Positions 20,171 through 31,769 are shown, counted from the first letter of the stretch. The stretch is 64,000 nt of DNA from an uncultured Alteromonas sp. (GCF_913058315.1 NZ_CAJXQY010000003.1:2339-66338); one strand, 5' to 3'. The notes: generated by a model not told the origin, from the sequence alone. Made by a program: numbers and translations.

Positions 20171-20467
20171 GGGGTAGTTTGGTGGTAATACAGACTCTGC
20201 GACCGGTTGTTTAACTTTTTAGTTTAACGTTATTTTAACAACGAGTCTGACGATAACCTTTCGGTGTCGTTTCGGTTAAAACAGTTTGATTATCGCACCA
20301 AAGCATTGAAATAGGCAAGCCATACCCGTAATTAGGTGTTAATTAACCGTGTTGAGGTCGCTTTCAGCGCAAAATACCGTCATACCGACCTTGCCAATGT
20401 CGGTTTTTAGCCATACCTGGCTGGAGTTAAGTGAATGTCCTGTGGAAATACGTTAGAATCGCAGCCT

Positions 20468-21463
20468 ATGAAAACAGCCGACGCAATGCCCGTGACATCA
20501 TCAGACAATACTAAAGCCACCTCCCAGGTCCAATTCGTTGAAGTTGAACCTGATTTAGACGGTCAGCGCATCGACAATTTTTTGCGTACCTTTTTAAAGG
20601 GCGTGCCGAAAAGCCTTATTTACCGAATTTTACGCAAAGGTGAGGTCAGGGTGAATAAGAAACGGGTGAAACCTGAATATAAGCTGGTTGCCGGCGATCT
20701 CATTCGTGTGCCCCCGGTCAGAGTCAGTGAGACGCCTGAATTACCTTCTCCGAAACTCGACAAAATCGCCAGCCTTGAACAGCATATTCTGTTTGAGGAC
20801 TCGCACCTTATTGTTTTTAACAAACCTTCTGGTTTGGCAGTACATGGCGGTAGTGGCTTAAGTTTCGGGTTGATTGAGGGGCTACGCGCGCTGCGGCCCG
20901 AGGCAAAATTTATGGAACTGGTGCATCGCCTGGACCGTGATACCTCCGGCTGTATCTTAGTGGCTAAAAAGCGTTCGGCACTGCGACATATGCATGAGCA
21001 GTTGCGTAACAGCCAGATGGATAAACGTTACCACGCACTGGTTGCCGGTCAGTGGCCGCCAAACCGGTTTAAAGTGAAAGCCCCATTACAGAAAAATATT
21101 CTGCAATCCGGTGAGCGTCTGGTCAGTGTTTCTGAGCAGGGCAAGCCCTCAGAAACCCGTTATCGCATACTGGAGCAGTTCGATGATGCCACGCTGGTTG
21201 AAGCGTCACCGATCACCGGCCGTACCCATCAAATCAGGGTGCATTGTTTACATGCCGGCCATCCGATTGCCTGTGATGACAAATACGGCGATGCAGACTT
21301 TGATAAACAAATGAAACGACTGGGTTTGAACCGATTGTTTTTACATGCCTCGAGTTTACGCCTGATGCACCCGCAAACTGAACAAATGGTGACATTTAAC
21401 GCGCCTTACGATGAGCTACTTACCAAAGCCGTTAACACCTTAAAGACGCTTACTAACGGATAA
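20468..21463 (+). CDS. rluC: 23S rRNA pseudouridine synthase C
   Basis: S4 domain GQRIDNFL...IYRILRKGEVRVN, catalytic HRLDRDTSG, GRTHQIRVH; divergent from rne. Confidence 0.95.
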   Translation: MKTADAMPVTSSDNTKATSQVQFVEVEPDLDGQRIDNFLRTFLKGVPKSLIYRILRKGEVRVNKKRVKPEYKLVAGDLIRVPPVRVSETPELPSPKLDKIASLEQHILFEDSHLIVFNKPSGLAVHGGSGLSFGLIEGLRALRPEAKFMELVHRLDRDTSGCILVAKKRSALRHMHEQLRNSQMDKRYHALVAGQWPPNRFKVKAPLQKNILQSGERLVSVSEQGKPSETRYRILEQFDDATLVEASPITGRTHQIRVHCLHAGHPIACDDKYGDADFDKQMKRLGLNRLFLHASSLRLMHPQTEQMVTFNAPYDELLTKAVNTLKTLTNG

Positions 21464-21477
21464 ACACGCGGGATACT

Positions 21478-22137
21478 ATGACCAAGCAGTACGAACTGAT
21501 CATTTTTGACTGGGATGGCACGTTGATGGATTCAGCGGCCAAAATTGTGAGCTGTATGCAAAAGGCTGCAGCACATTGCCAGGTGACTATTCCCTCCGCT
21601 GCCGCAGTCAGCCATATCATTGGTATTAGTCTGAAGCCTGCAATTAAGCAGTTGTTTAATACCGATGATGATGAATTGGCCGAGCGGTTAACCCTGGCCT
21701 ATAAAGAAGTGTATCTTGGTGCCGATACCACGCCATGCCCGTTATTTGACGGGGTAACAGATATGCTGAGTGCGCTAACCGATGCGGGAAATGTATTGGC
21801 CGTGGCAACTGGCAAGGCCCGGCGTGGGCTAAATCGGGCCTGGCAACAAACTGACACCGGGCATTTCTTTACAACCTCACGCTGTGCTGATGAAGCCGAT
21901 TCCAAACCATCACCGGACATGCTGTTACAGCTGCTGGAAGAACGCGGCCTGACCGCTGGTCAAGCGCTCATGATTGGCGATACTACCTACGATATGCTAA
22001 TGGCTCAGGCTATTGGCATGGACAGAGTAGGGGTTAGCTATGGTGTACACGCACCGGTTAATTTAGCGAAGCATCATCCAAAAGCTATTGTGCATTCCAT
22101 TACTGAGCTGCATGCGCTGTTAATGACGCAGGGTTAA
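21478..22137 (+). CDS. HAD-IA family phosphatase (Gph-like)
   Basis: FDWDGTLMDS motif I, ATGK, KPSP and IGDTTYD. Confidence 0.9.
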   Translation: MTKQYELIIFDWDGTLMDSAAKIVSCMQKAAAHCQVTIPSAAAVSHIIGISLKPAIKQLFNTDDDELAERLTLAYKEVYLGADTTPCPLFDGVTDMLSALTDAGNVLAVATGKARRGLNRAWQQTDTGHFFTTSRCADEADSKPSPDMLLQLLEERGLTAGQALMIGDTTYDMLMAQAIGMDRVGVSYGVHAPVNLAKHHPKAIVHSITELHALLMTQG

Positions 22138-22737
22138 ATCGAGTAAATTAATCTGCCAGTTGGCCAGCATGTCCCGTAACAGCATAACCGGCAGGCCAAT
22201 TAAGGTATTCGGGTCCCTCGAGTCGATGCGGTCAAACAGCAATACGCCGGCGCCCTCCGCTTTAAAGCTACCGGCGCAGTCATAGGGCTGCTCTTTGAGT
22301 AAGTAACGCTCTATCACCGAATCCGATAATGCCGAAAAAGTTACGTAGACGTCTTCATACTGAGTTTGTTCACGCTGATGGGCCTGGTGTACCAGACTAA
22401 GCGCGGTAATAAAGCGCACCTTATTACCTGAACACAGTTGGAGTTGTTCGATGGCTTTATCCAGAGTGCCCGGTTTACCGAGAATATGGCACTGACCCTG
22501 TTTGTCTGTCACGGTAGCCACCTGGTCGCCACCGATGATCACGGCATCGGGATAGTCAGCCGCCACGGCGCGGGCTTTTTCTGTAGCGAGCCGGCATGCC
22601 AGGCTATCAGGCGCTTCGCCGGGAACCGGAGTTTCGTCAATATTGGGGCTGATGCCTGGTACCTGAAAGCCAATATTGGCCAGTTGTGCTCTGCGGTATG
22701 CTGAAGATGAGGCGAGAATAATTCTTGGTGATGTCAT
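22120..22737 (-). CDS. yceF: Maf family nucleotide pyrophosphatase (YceF type)
   Basis: ILASSSAYRR, NIDETP, GGDQV and PYDCAGSFKAEG; divergent from yceD. Confidence 0.88.
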   Translation of the reverse strand: MTSPRIILASSSAYRRAQLANIGFQVPGISPNIDETPVPGEAPDSLACRLATEKARAVAADYPDAVIIGGDQVATVTDKQGQCHILGKPGTLDKAIEQLQLCSGNKVRFITALSLVHQAHQREQTQYEDVYVTFSALSDSVIERYLLKEQPYDCAGSFKAEGAGVLLFDRIDSRDPNTLIGLPVMLLRDMLANWQINLLDLTLRH

Positions 22738-22840
22738 CGTTATTATATTTCTGTCGTCGCTTTATTTACCCCTTTATAGCAAGGGAATTGAAAAAGAGTT
22801 TAGCGGATTTTGCCACATTGGTAAAAAAACGATTAATCCT

Positions 22841-22878
22841 TTGACAGTAAAGGGCTGACGCTATATTATGCGCGCCCT
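22841..22878 (+). promoter_or_regulatory. Sigma70 promoter with a GC-rich discriminator for yceD-rpmF
   Basis: TTGACA (22841-46), 17 bp, TATTAT (22864-69), then GCGCGCCCT and ATG. Confidence 0.7.
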
Positions 22879-23406
22879 ATGCAGAAAGTGAAATTACCGC
22901 ACCAGGTTGAACCGGTCAAAAGCGCGCTAAATCGCTCAGATTATGAGGGAGTTATCGCGACCAAAGACATGGCGAGATTAATGGGTTCCGTCGTCAGCAG
23001 TGACGAATGGGTTGAAGTGAAAGTGCAGTTCGAAAAAGACGCGCAGGGTCTTACTGTTTTTCATGGCACTCTGGACACCGCAGTAGTTTTACTCTGTCAA
23101 CGGTGTAACGAGGCATTTGATTGTCCGCTTCATGTTGATTTTTGTTATAGTCCGGTGCAGGGACAACAAGACGCAGAAGCATTACCCGAAGCCTATGATC
23201 CGGTAGAGGTCGGCGACCACGGAGAAGTCAATCTTCTTCAATTACTTGAAGACGAGCTGATTTTGTCGTTACCGATTGTGCCCCTTCATGCAGAGGAAGC
23301 GTGTGCAGTCACCAGTGACGATATGCAGTTCGGCGAGATTGAACCGGAACAGAAGCAACCAAACCCTTTCGCGGTTTTGAAAGAACTTAAGCGAGACCAG
23401 GAGTAA
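22879..23406 (+). CDS. yceD: 23S rRNA accumulation protein YceD (DUF177)
   Basis: MQKVKLP start, CQRC, EDELILSLP and NPFAVLKELK. Confidence 0.92.
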   Translation: MQKVKLPHQVEPVKSALNRSDYEGVIATKDMARLMGSVVSSDEWVEVKVQFEKDAQGLTVFHGTLDTAVVLLCQRCNEAFDCPLHVDFCYSPVQGQQDAEALPEAYDPVEVGDHGEVNLLQLLEDELILSLPIVPLHAEEACAVTSDDMQFGEIEPEQKQPNPFAVLKELKRDQE

Positions 23407-23409
23407 GTT

Positions 23410-23580
23410 ATGGCAGTACAACAAAATCGTAAAACGCGTAGTAAGCGCGGCATGCGTCGTTCACACGATGCGTTGACAGGCGAGACTTTGTCTGTCGATG
23501 CAACGTCGGGTGAAACACACCGCCGTCACCACGTGACAGCTGATGGTTACTACAAAGGCAAAAAAGTCATCGGTAACTAA
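23410..23580 (+). CDS. rpmF: 50S ribosomal protein L32 (Cys-free form); absent from the ORF track
   Basis: My translation: [56 protein letters not shown] (56 aa). Confidence 0.97.
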   Translation: MAVQQNRKTRSKRGMRRSHDALTGETLSVDATSGETHRRHHVTADGYYKGKKVIGN

Positions 23581-23598
23581 GTTACTGGTGCCGACATT

Positions 23599-24624
23599 TT
23601 GTCTAAACTAACCATTGCGTTAGATATCATGGGGGGCGATCATGGTCCCCCTGTTATCCTTTCTGCTGTCCAAAAAGCCATTCAGTCCATTACCGATGCA
23701 CAGTTTATTTTGTGTGGTGATGAGAACGTTATTCTTCCCGCTCTGGAAACCCTGACCGACGACCAACGTCAACGTACTGCAGTGCATCACTGCGAGCAAA
23801 TCGTTGAAATGGGCGAGCCTCCAACTTCGGCACTGCGTAATAAAAAACAATCTTCCATGTGGAAAGCACTGCAACTGGTTGAGACCGGTGAAGCGGATGC
23901 GTGCGTTAGCGCAGGCAATACCGGTGCGTTACTGACCATGGCGTTTTACCTGCTTAAAACCCTGCCGGGTATTGATCGTCCGGCATTGGTTTCTGATATG
24001 CCAACCGCCAGCCATCACCGTGTTTTTCTGCTCGACCTGGGGGCAAATGTTAATTGTACCTCCGAGATTTTATTCCAATATGGCGTGATGGCCTCAGTGC
24101 TGGCTGAACAAATCAGTGGTATTGACTCACCAAGAGTGGCACTTCTCAATGTAGGCGAAGAAGATATAAAGGGTAATGCCCAGGTTAAGTACGCCGATCA
24201 GTTGTTTAAGAATGCCAAAGGGATTAACTACATTGGCTATGTGGAGGGTGATGACATCTTCACTGACTATGCCGATGTGGTGGTGACCGACGGGTTTACC
24301 GGCAATATTGCACTTAAATCCTGTGAGGGCCTGGCCAAACTCGTTATAAATGAAGTGAAACGACAGTCCCAGGCTAACTTTTTCAGTCGCTTAATGGCCC
24401 GAATCGCTTTGCCCTTACTAAAAACAGTTTACAATCGTGTGAACCCCGACCAGTATAATGGTGCCAGTCTGTTAGGATTGCGCGGCATTGTGATCAAGAG
24501 TCACGGCAATGCCTCGGCAGAAGCGTTTTATTACGCCATATTGCAGGCCAAGCAAGAAGCTGAGATGAACGTGCCTGAAAAAATAAAAAGTAAAATAGAA
24601 ACCGTTTTATTGGAGCAACTTTGA
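23599..24624 (+). CDS. plsX: Phosphate acyltransferase PlsX
   Basis: [25 protein letters not shown] and KSHG; TTG start. Confidence 0.96.
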   Translation: MSKLTIALDIMGGDHGPPVILSAVQKAIQSITDAQFILCGDENVILPALETLTDDQRQRTAVHHCEQIVEMGEPPTSALRNKKQSSMWKALQLVETGEADACVSAGNTGALLTMAFYLLKTLPGIDRPALVSDMPTASHHRVFLLDLGANVNCTSEILFQYGVMASVLAEQISGIDSPRVALLNVGEEDIKGNAQVKYADQLFKNAKGINYIGYVEGDDIFTDYADVVVTDGFTGNIALKSCEGLAKLVINEVKRQSQANFFSRLMARIALPLLKTVYNRVNPDQYNGASLLGLRGIVIKSHGNASAEAFYYAILQAKQEAEMNVPEKIKSKIETVLLEQL

Positions 24625-25586
24625 GCAAATACTCTCGTATAATAGGTACAGGTAGCTACTATCCTAGCGACATACGTACCAATGCCGATTTAGAGTTGAT
24701 GGTGGACACCAGTGACGAATGGATCACGGACCGAACCGGCATTAAAGAACGCAGAATTATTGGTCCGGATGAGACCGCTGCAACCATGGGGGCAGAAGCC
24801 AGCAAGAAAGCCATTGAAGCGGCCGGTATTGACGCATCTTCTATCGACATGATTGTTTGTGCGACCACTTCTGGTCGTCACGCCTTACCCAGCACTGCCT
24901 GTGAAATTCAAAATATTCTCAACATTGATAACATCCCGGCCTTCGACGTAGCGGCAGCCTGTGCCGGTTACTGCTATGCATTAAGCATTGCCGACCAGTA
25001 TGTTAAAAGTGGAATGGCTAAACGGGTTCTGGTGGTGGGTTCTGATTGCCTGAGCCGGCATATCAATCCGGCCGATCGTACCATGGTGATTCTGTTTGGC
25101 GATGCCGCTGGTGCAACCGTTATAGAAGCCAGTGACGAGCCGGGAATTCTGTCTACCCATATCAATGCTGCGGGGTCTTACAGTGACCTGCTGAAAATTG
25201 GCAATCCGGATAAAATGAATCCTGCCTCTATTGATGAAAACTGGGGCTCGATGAAGGGCAACGAAGTCTTCAAGGTAGCAGTCACCAAGTTGTCTGAAAT
25301 TGTTGAGCAGACGTTATCTGCCAATAATATGCAAAAAAGTGATCTGGACTGGCTGGTACCACACCAGGCCAATTTCAGAATTATAAAAGCAACAGCCAGA
25401 AAGCTGGACATGTCGCTGGACCAGGTTGTACTGACACTGGAGAAGTATGGTAATACTTCTGCGGCTACGGTACCTACAGCGCTCGACGAAGCCATTCGTG
25501 ATGGTCGAATCAAGCGTGGTCAACATTTATTGCTGGAAGCATTCGGTGGTGGTTTTGCCTGGGCTTCTGCTTTAGTTAGGTATTAA
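24621..25586 (+). CDS. fabH: 3-oxoacyl-ACP synthase III
   Basis: AACAGY, VPHQAN and GNTSAA catalytic triad motifs; TTG start overlapping the plsX stop. Confidence 0.97.
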   Translation: MSKYSRIIGTGSYYPSDIRTNADLELMVDTSDEWITDRTGIKERRIIGPDETAATMGAEASKKAIEAAGIDASSIDMIVCATTSGRHALPSTACEIQNILNIDNIPAFDVAAACAGYCYALSIADQYVKSGMAKRVLVVGSDCLSRHINPADRTMVILFGDAAGATVIEASDEPGILSTHINAAGSYSDLLKIGNPDKMNPASIDENWGSMKGNEVFKVAVTKLSEIVEQTLSANNMQKSDLDWLVPHQANFRIIKATARKLDMSLDQVVLTLEKYGNTSAATVPTALDEAIRDGRIKRGQHLLLEAFGGGFAWASALVRY

Positions 25587-25648
25587 CAAATGCCATGGTG
25601 AGTTGGCAGCCAACATCACCTGAATTAGAACAATTATAAGGATGCTTT

Positions 25649-26581
25649 ATGACTCGTATCGCCTGTGTGTTCCCTGGACAGGGCTCTCAAGCGGTTGGCA
25701 TGCTCAAAGAGCTGGCCGACGTTCATCCGTCAATTCTCGATACCTTTGCGCAAGCCTCTGAAGCGCTGGGGTATGATCTGTGGGACGTGGTGCAAAACGA
25801 CCCTGATAACAAACTCAATGAAACGCAGGTGACTCAACCGGCGTTGTTAACTGCCAGTGTTGCTATTTACCGTTTGCTTGAAGAGCAGGGTATTGCACCA
25901 GAATACATGGCCGGTCATAGCCTGGGCGAATATTCGGCGCTGGTGTGCGCGGGTGCGCTGGACTTTGCTGCTGCGGTTAAGCTGGTAGAGGCCCGTGGTG
26001 AGTTTATGCAACAGGCAGTACCTGCCGGTGCCGGCGCTATGTATGCTATTATCGGCCTCGACGATGACAGCATTGCAGAAATTTGTCAGGACACGGCTGT
26101 CGCCACGGGAGACGTGGTTTCTCCGGTCAATTTTAACTCGCCCGGTCAGGTGGTTATTGCCGGTGAGAAAAACGCCGCAGAACAAGCCGCCAATGCTTGT
26201 AAAGAAGCCGGTGCGAAGCGTGCTTTACCGCTGGCGGTAAGCGTACCTTCACACTGTGAATTAATGCGCCCGGCGGCTGACGACCTCGATGACAAGCTGG
26301 AAACCATTGCGCTGGCCACACCGTCAGTCAAAGTGGTTAATAATGTCGATGTAGCGGTTGAATCAGATCCTGCCGGTATTCGTAATGCGCTGGTGCGTCA
26401 GTTATATTGCCCGGTACAATGGACTAAAACGGTAGAGTTTCTGGCTGCAGAAGGCATCGATACCATTATTGAAGTCGGTCCGGGTAAAGTGTTAACCGGA
26501 CTGGGCAAACGGATTGTTAAATCTGTCAATTATATTGCTGTCAACACACCGGATTCGGTGGCGTCCTGGCAGGCAGAATAA
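25649..26581 (+). CDS. fabD: Malonyl-CoA:ACP transacylase
   Basis: FPGQGSQ, GHSLGEY and VPSHC. Confidence 0.97.
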   Translation: MTRIACVFPGQGSQAVGMLKELADVHPSILDTFAQASEALGYDLWDVVQNDPDNKLNETQVTQPALLTASVAIYRLLEEQGIAPEYMAGHSLGEYSALVCAGALDFAAAVKLVEARGEFMQQAVPAGAGAMYAIIGLDDDSIAEICQDTAVATGDVVSPVNFNSPGQVVIAGEKNAAEQAANACKEAGAKRALPLAVSVPSHCELMRPAADDLDDKLETIALATPSVKVVNNVDVAVESDPAGIRNALVRQLYCPVQWTKTVEFLAAEGIDTIIEVGPGKVLTGLGKRIVKSVNYIAVNTPDSVASWQAE

Positions 26582-26597
26582 TAGGAATATTTGTTAA

Positions 26598-27338
26598 ATG
26601 AGCGATTTACAAGGTAAAATTGCCCTGGTAACGGGTGCCAGTCGTGGCATTGGTAAAGCGATTGCTACGCTGCTGGCGTCGCAGGGAGCTGTGGTTATCG
26701 GTACGGCAACCAGCGAGGGTGGTGCGCAAGCTATCACTGAGTATCTGGCTGCCTCTGGTGGTAAAGGAATGAAACTCAACGTTACCGAAGAAGGTGCCGT
26801 TGATACCCTGGTCAAAGCCATCAGTGATGAATTTGGTCCTGTTGAGATCTTGATCAATAATGCAGGTATCACACGTGATAATCTGCTAATGAGAATGAAA
26901 GACGAAGAGTGGCAGGCGATTATTGATACTAACCTGACTGCTATCTTTTCATTGTCAAAAGCCGTTTTGCGTGGAATGATGAAGAAACGCTGTGGTCGCA
27001 TTGTGAATGTTGGGTCAGTAGTGGGTAGTTCGGGTAATGCCGGACAGGCTAATTATGCGGCGGCGAAAGCCGGTGTCATTGGTTTTTCTAAATCACTGGC
27101 TCGCGAAGTAGCCTCTCGTGGCATTACGGTAAACGTTGTTGCGCCTGGTTTTATCGATACCGATATGACCAAGGCTTTAAGTGATGAGCAACGTGAAGCC
27201 ATTTTCAAAGATATTCCGGCGAATCGTTTGGGTCAGCCAGAAGAAGTTGCTGCAACGGTTGCGTTCCTGGTGAGCGACGGTGCGGCATATATCTCTGGTG
27301 AGACTATCCATGTAAATGGTGGGATGTACATGGGCTAA
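26598..27338 (+). CDS. fabG: 3-oxoacyl-ACP reductase
   Basis: TGASRGIG, NNAGITRD and YAAAK. Confidence 0.97.
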   Translation: MSDLQGKIALVTGASRGIGKAIATLLASQGAVVIGTATSEGGAQAITEYLAASGGKGMKLNVTEEGAVDTLVKAISDEFGPVEILINNAGITRDNLLMRMKDEEWQAIIDTNLTAIFSLSKAVLRGMMKKRCGRIVNVGSVVGSSGNAGQANYAAAKAGVIGFSKSLAREVASRGITVNVVAPGFIDTDMTKALSDEQREAIFKDIPANRLGQPEEVAATVAFLVSDGAAYISGETIHVNGGMYMG

Positions 27339-27430
27339 CTCTACTTTGTGTGAATTTTTGCAGTTTTGCATTGACACACAGACAGAGAAAGCCTTGAATG
27401 TTAAAATCTTGTTGATTAAACTTGGTTCGT

Positions 27431-27447
27431 TGCTGGTTTGACCAGAT
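27431..27447. promoter_or_regulatory. Candidate FadR site upstream of acpP
   Basis: TGCTGGTTTGACCAGAT matches the CTGGTCnGACCAG core at all but one position. Confidence 0.55.
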
Positions 27448-27541
27448 AGATAGTTCTAGCTGGTCGCTTGCAAGCGATAATATTGCAAAATAAACTAGCG
27501 ACAATTTTTGTATCTAGTGACGTTAAGGGAAACCTAGAATT

Positions 27542-27781
27542 ATGAGTAACATTGAAGAGCGCGTAAAAAAAATCATCGTTGAGCAGCTTGGTGTTAAAGA
27601 AGAAGAAGTAAAATCCGAAGCATCTTTTGTTGATGATCTGGGCGCTGATTCACTTGACACTGTTGAGTTAGTAATGGCGTTGGAAGAAGAATTCGACACT
27701 GAAATTCCAGACGAAGAAGCAGAGAAAATCACTACTGTTCAGTCTGCAGTTGACTACATCAACGCTAATAAAGACGCGTAA
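27542..27781 (+). CDS. acpP: Acyl carrier protein
   Basis: [14 protein letters not shown] phosphopantetheine site. Confidence 0.98.
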   Translation: MSNIEERVKKIIVEQLGVKEEEVKSEASFVDDLGADSLDTVELVMALEEEFDTEIPDEEAEKITTVQSAVDYINANKDA

Positions 27782-27800
27782 GCCTCTTTTTTAGATTGTG

Positions 27801-27830
27801 AAAAAACGGCTCTGTAACGGAGCCGTTTTT
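27801..27830 (+). terminator. Intrinsic terminator after acpP
   Basis: AAAAAACGGCTCTGTAACGGAGCCGTTTTT. Confidence 0.85.
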
Positions 27831-27912
27831 GTATGTATTGTGATAGCTCAACGCTTGTTTCTTAGCTGAAACCGTTGGGCTGTTTTGATTAGTTCCAATG
27901 CGAGGACATTCT

Positions 27913-29151
27913 GTGACAAAACGTCGCGTAGTGGTTACTGGCTTGGGTACGTTGTCCCCTTTAGGTTTGTCGACAGACAAAACCTGGCGCCGAATTCTGG
28001 CTGGCGAAAGCGGGATTGGCGAGATTACCCATTTCGATTGCAGTAACTATTCCACTCGGTTTGCCGGTCAAATCAACGATTTTGATCCGCAAGACTATAT
28101 CGATAAAAAAGAAACCAAAAAAATGGACCGCTTTATCCAGTTAGGGATAGCTGCGGGTAAGCAGGCTTTACAGGATTCCGGTCTTGAAATTACTGCCGAT
28201 AACGCACCTCGTGTGGGTATTGCCATTGGTTCAGGGATAGGCGGTCTGGAACTTATCGAAGAAAACCACAGTAAGCTGGTTAACAGCGGCCCACGCCGGG
28301 TTTCGCCGTTCTTCGTCCCTTCCACTATCACGAATATGATTTCAGGTTTTCTGTCGATTATGGCAGGACTGAAAGGGCCAAACCTGAATATTGTCACGGC
28401 CTGTACAACCGGTGTGCACAATATTGGTGTAGCAGCACGCACAATTGCTTACGGTGATGCCGATGCCATGCTGGCTGGCGGTGCCGAAGCGTCAATTACT
28501 CCGCTGGGTATGGCTGGCTTTGCGTCTGCCCGGGCACTGTCTTCGCGTAATGATTCACCACAACAGGCAAGTCGCCCGTGGGATAAAGACCGCGACGGTT
28601 TCGTTATGGGCGAAGGTGCCGGTGTGGTTATGCTCGAAGAATACGAAGCAGCCAAAGCGCGCGGCGCGACTATTTATGCTGAGCTGGTAGGCTTTGGCAT
28701 GAGTGGCGATGCGTACCATATGACGTCGCCACCAGAGAATGGTGAAGGCGCTGCAGCGTCGATGGTAAATGCCATTAACGATGCCAAAATTGACCCAACC
28801 CTGATTGGTTACATCAACGCTCACGGGACTTCAACGCCGGCTGGTGATATTGCTGAAGTGTCGGCCGTTAAGAGCGTGTTTGGTGAGCATGCGAAGAAAG
28901 TGCTGGTGAGTTCGACCAAGTCAATGACCGGTCACTTGCTGGGTGCCGCAGGTTCAGTTGAGGCCATCTTTACTATTCTGGCGCTACGCGACAGACTGGC
29001 TCCGCCGACCATTAACCTGGATGAGCCGGGTGAAGGATGCGATCTGGACTTTGTTCCCCATAAAGCCAAGGCCTTTGAGGAAGAGTATGCATTATGTAAC
29101 TCTTTTGGTTTTGGTGGCACCAATGGCAGCTTGATCTTTAAGCGCCCATAA
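27913..29151 (+). CDS. fabF: 3-oxoacyl-ACP synthase II
   Basis: GTG start (TKRRVVVTG) with a GAGGA RBS; TACTTG, NAHGTST, GHLLGA and NSFGFGG. Confidence 0.97.
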   Translation: MTKRRVVVTGLGTLSPLGLSTDKTWRRILAGESGIGEITHFDCSNYSTRFAGQINDFDPQDYIDKKETKKMDRFIQLGIAAGKQALQDSGLEITADNAPRVGIAIGSGIGGLELIEENHSKLVNSGPRRVSPFFVPSTITNMISGFLSIMAGLKGPNLNIVTACTTGVHNIGVAARTIAYGDADAMLAGGAEASITPLGMAGFASARALSSRNDSPQQASRPWDKDRDGFVMGEGAGVVMLEEYEAAKARGATIYAELVGFGMSGDAYHMTSPPENGEGAAASMVNAINDAKIDPTLIGYINAHGTSTPAGDIAEVSAVKSVFGEHAKKVLVSSTKSMTGHLLGAAGSVEAIFTILALRDRLAPPTINLDEPGEGCDLDFVPHKAKAFEEEYALCNSFGFGGTNGSLIFKRP

Positions 29152-29171
29152 GCCGATATCCAACAAAGTAT

Positions 29172-29196
29172 AAAGGGAGCCCGGTGCTCCCTTTTT
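29172..29196 (+). terminator. Intrinsic terminator after fabF
   Basis: AAAGGGAGCCCGGTGCTCCCTTTTT. Confidence 0.85.
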
Positions 29197-29299
29197 GTTT
29201 GCCGAAAAAACCATCCGCTGCTGCGGCTTGGTATTAACAGAATTACTGATACAATACCCGACTGAAACTGACTAACCCGGTAACTGCCGAACGCGCTGT

Positions 29300-30127
29300 A
29301 TGACTGATACCCATGGACTGGCTCCACTGCAACAATTTGCCCTCAATGACCGGCTGGCCAACTATGGTGACGGTACGTTTACCACTATGCAGGTGTCCGA
29401 TGGTAAGGTTGCCCTGTTAAATCGACACATTGATCGTCTGGTAAATGACAGCCAGGCACTTGGCTTAACGGTTGCCGCTGACGCCATTCGTAAGGTCATA
29501 GTGGCCGCTTTAGCAGCGCGCAGCGACGGCGTGCTAAAGGTGTTAATTGGCGCTGGGCAGGGGGGGCGTGGCTATGCGCGACTGGCCGAACCAACAGTAA
29601 ACGTTGCGGTAAGCTGGCACGACGTGCCTGCTGTTTATCAAAGCTGGCAACATCAGGGTATTCATGTAGGTACTGTGCCTGTGACCTTAGCCAGGCAACC
29701 TTTGCTGGCCGGGTTAAAACATGCCAACCGCTTAGAGCAGGTGTTGATTAAACAGGCTCTGGTGCGAACCGATTTCGACGACGCCATTGTGACCGACACT
29801 GAGCAAAATGTTATTGAAGCCAGTGCCGCTAATCTCTTCTGGCAGACCGGCAATCAGTGGTTTACCTCTTCGCTGGCGCTGGCTGGCGTTAATGGCGTTA
29901 TGCGGCAGTTTATCCTCGACCACCGTCCGGATATCAACATTATCGAACAACAGTTAACTGAGATAGCACACGTAGACGCGATGTTTTTATCCAATGCACT
30001 GATGCAAATTGTGCCGGTGAAAACCCTCACGCTGGGTGAGTCCAGACGGGAACTGGCTATTGCGCCGGTACTGTCGTTACAGAGTGCTCTGGCGGCGGCT
30101 TATGCAGGAGAATACGGTGCTGCGTAA
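29300..30127 (+). CDS. pabC: 4-amino-4-deoxychorismate lyase
   Basis: YGDGTFTT, GGRGY, GLKHANRLEQ (Schiff-base K140) and IEASAANLF (E173); conserved fabF-pabC-mltG order. Confidence 0.9.
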   Translation: MTDTHGLAPLQQFALNDRLANYGDGTFTTMQVSDGKVALLNRHIDRLVNDSQALGLTVAADAIRKVIVAALAARSDGVLKVLIGAGQGGRGYARLAEPTVNVAVSWHDVPAVYQSWQHQGIHVGTVPVTLARQPLLAGLKHANRLEQVLIKQALVRTDFDDAIVTDTEQNVIEASAANLFWQTGNQWFTSSLALAGVNGVMRQFILDHRPDINIIEQQLTEIAHVDAMFLSNALMQIVPVKTLTLGESRRELAIAPVLSLQSALAAAYAGEYGAA

Positions 30128-31148
30128 ACTGGCGTTAGGGTTAATTATTGTAGTGGGCGGCGCTATGGCAGCCATGGGCTGGTTGCACCAGCAATTTGGC
30201 AAACCGCTTAAGCTCGAAGAGCCCAGGTTATTTACACTCGTTGCCGGGCAAGGCGCTATTGAAACCCTGCAGCGGTTTGATCAGCAGGGCTGGCTTCCCA
30301 TGCCAAAGCTTGCTGCCCGTCTGTGGCTAAAATTTGCTTATAGTGGCCAGCCTATTCTGGCCGGAACATATGCTTTTGAGCCGCCCTTAACGCTGGCTGA
30401 TGCGTTTGAGTTGCTCTCCCGTGGTGAGGAAGTGCAGTTTGATATCAGCCTGATTGAAGGACAAACCTACCCGCAGTGGCTGGCAACGCTTAGCGCACAT
30501 CCACGCCTCAAAAACGATCTGGAAGCCAAAGAGCAGGCACTGGTAAAAAGCTTACTTACCGGGTGGCAACAATACAGCACCACGCCGTTAACCCACCTTG
30601 AAGGGTTATTATTGGCAGATACTTATCATTTCACCAATCAGACACCCGCCAGTGAAATTTTAAAAAGGGCTTCTGCTGCTATGCAGACCTATTTGCTGAA
30701 AAAATGGGCTAAACGTGAGCCCGGTTTGCCTTATGAGGCGCCGGTTGATGTATTAACCATGGCATCGATTATCGAAAAGGAAACCGCCCTGGCGTCAGAG
30801 CGCGCCCGCATAGCCGGAGTGTTTGTTAATCGTCTTGAACAGAACATGCGGCTGCAAACCGACCCAACGGTGATCTATGGATTAGGAGATCGTTTCGACG
30901 GCAACCTGACCCGGCAGCACCTGCGAGAAGATACGCCCTACAATACGTATGTACACAAAGGGTTACCTCCCGGGCCTATTGCCATGATTGGCCGGGTGGC
31001 TATTGATGCGGCCTTGCAGCCCGCACTGACCTCGGAGCTGTATTTTGTCGCCCGGGGGGATGGCAGTCATCAGTTTTCCAATACATTAGAAGAACATAAT
31101 CAAGCGGTACGAGAGTTCCAGCTAAACCGAAAGGACGGACAACCATAG
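30117..31148 (+). CDS. mltG: Endolytic transglycosylase MltG (YceG)
   Basis: SIIEKET, NRLEQNMRLQTDPT, PYNTY and PPGPI; GTG start at 30117 with a GGAG RBS. Confidence 0.93.
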   Translation: MLRKLALGLIIVVGGAMAAMGWLHQQFGKPLKLEEPRLFTLVAGQGAIETLQRFDQQGWLPMPKLAARLWLKFAYSGQPILAGTYAFEPPLTLADAFELLSRGEEVQFDISLIEGQTYPQWLATLSAHPRLKNDLEAKEQALVKSLLTGWQQYSTTPLTHLEGLLLADTYHFTNQTPASEILKRASAAMQTYLLKKWAKREPGLPYEAPVDVLTMASIIEKETALASERARIAGVFVNRLEQNMRLQTDPTVIYGLGDRFDGNLTRQHLREDTPYNTYVHKGLPPGPIAMIGRVAIDAALQPALTSELYFVARGDGSHQFSNTLEEHNQAVREFQLNRKDGQP

Positions 31149-31769
31149 ATGGCAGGTAAGTTTATTGTCGTTGAAGGCCTCGAAGGGGCCGGCAAAAGTT
31201 CAGTGATAGCACTGGTAGAACAAGCGGTTAAGTCCAGGGGCTTTGCTACTGTCACGACACGCGAGCCCGGCGGCACGCCCATGGCAGAAGCAATCCGCAA
31301 TTGCGTAAAGCAAAACTGGCAGGAAAATGTGGTTGAAGAAACCGAACTGATGCTGATGTATGCTGCGCGCGCTCAGTTGCTGGCCAATGTGATTAAACCT
31401 GCCATGGCGGCAGACACCTGGGTTATTGGCGATCGGCACGACTTGTCTTCACAGGCTTATCAGGGCGGTGGCCGCGGCATTGACCAGACCACGCTGGCCG
31501 CGCTTAGTGATATTACGCTAAAGGGCTTTAAGCCCGATCTGACCCTGTACCTGGACGTGGAGCCGGCGGTGGGCCTGGAGCGCGCCCGAGGCCGTGGCGA
31601 ACTGGATCGTATAGAGCTTGCCGGGCTGGGCTTTTTTGAGCGCACCCGGGCTCGCTACCGCGAATTGGCTGCAGCTGACAGCAGTATTATGACTATTGAT
31701 GCCATGCAATCTATGGCGGCTGTGCATCGTGATGTGCAGCGCACTCTGGAGCAGTATTTTTCATGCTAG
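31149..31769 (+). CDS. tmk: Thymidylate kinase
   Basis: [19 protein letters not shown] and [15 protein letters not shown]. Confidence 0.97.
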   Translation: MAGKFIVVEGLEGAGKSSVIALVEQAVKSRGFATVTTREPGGTPMAEAIRNCVKQNWQENVVEETELMLMYAARAQLLANVIKPAMAADTWVIGDRHDLSSQAYQGGGRGIDQTTLAALSDITLKGFKPDLTLYLDVEPAVGLERARGRGELDRIELAGLGFFERTRARYRELAAADSSIMTIDAMQSMAAVHRDVQRTLEQYFSC

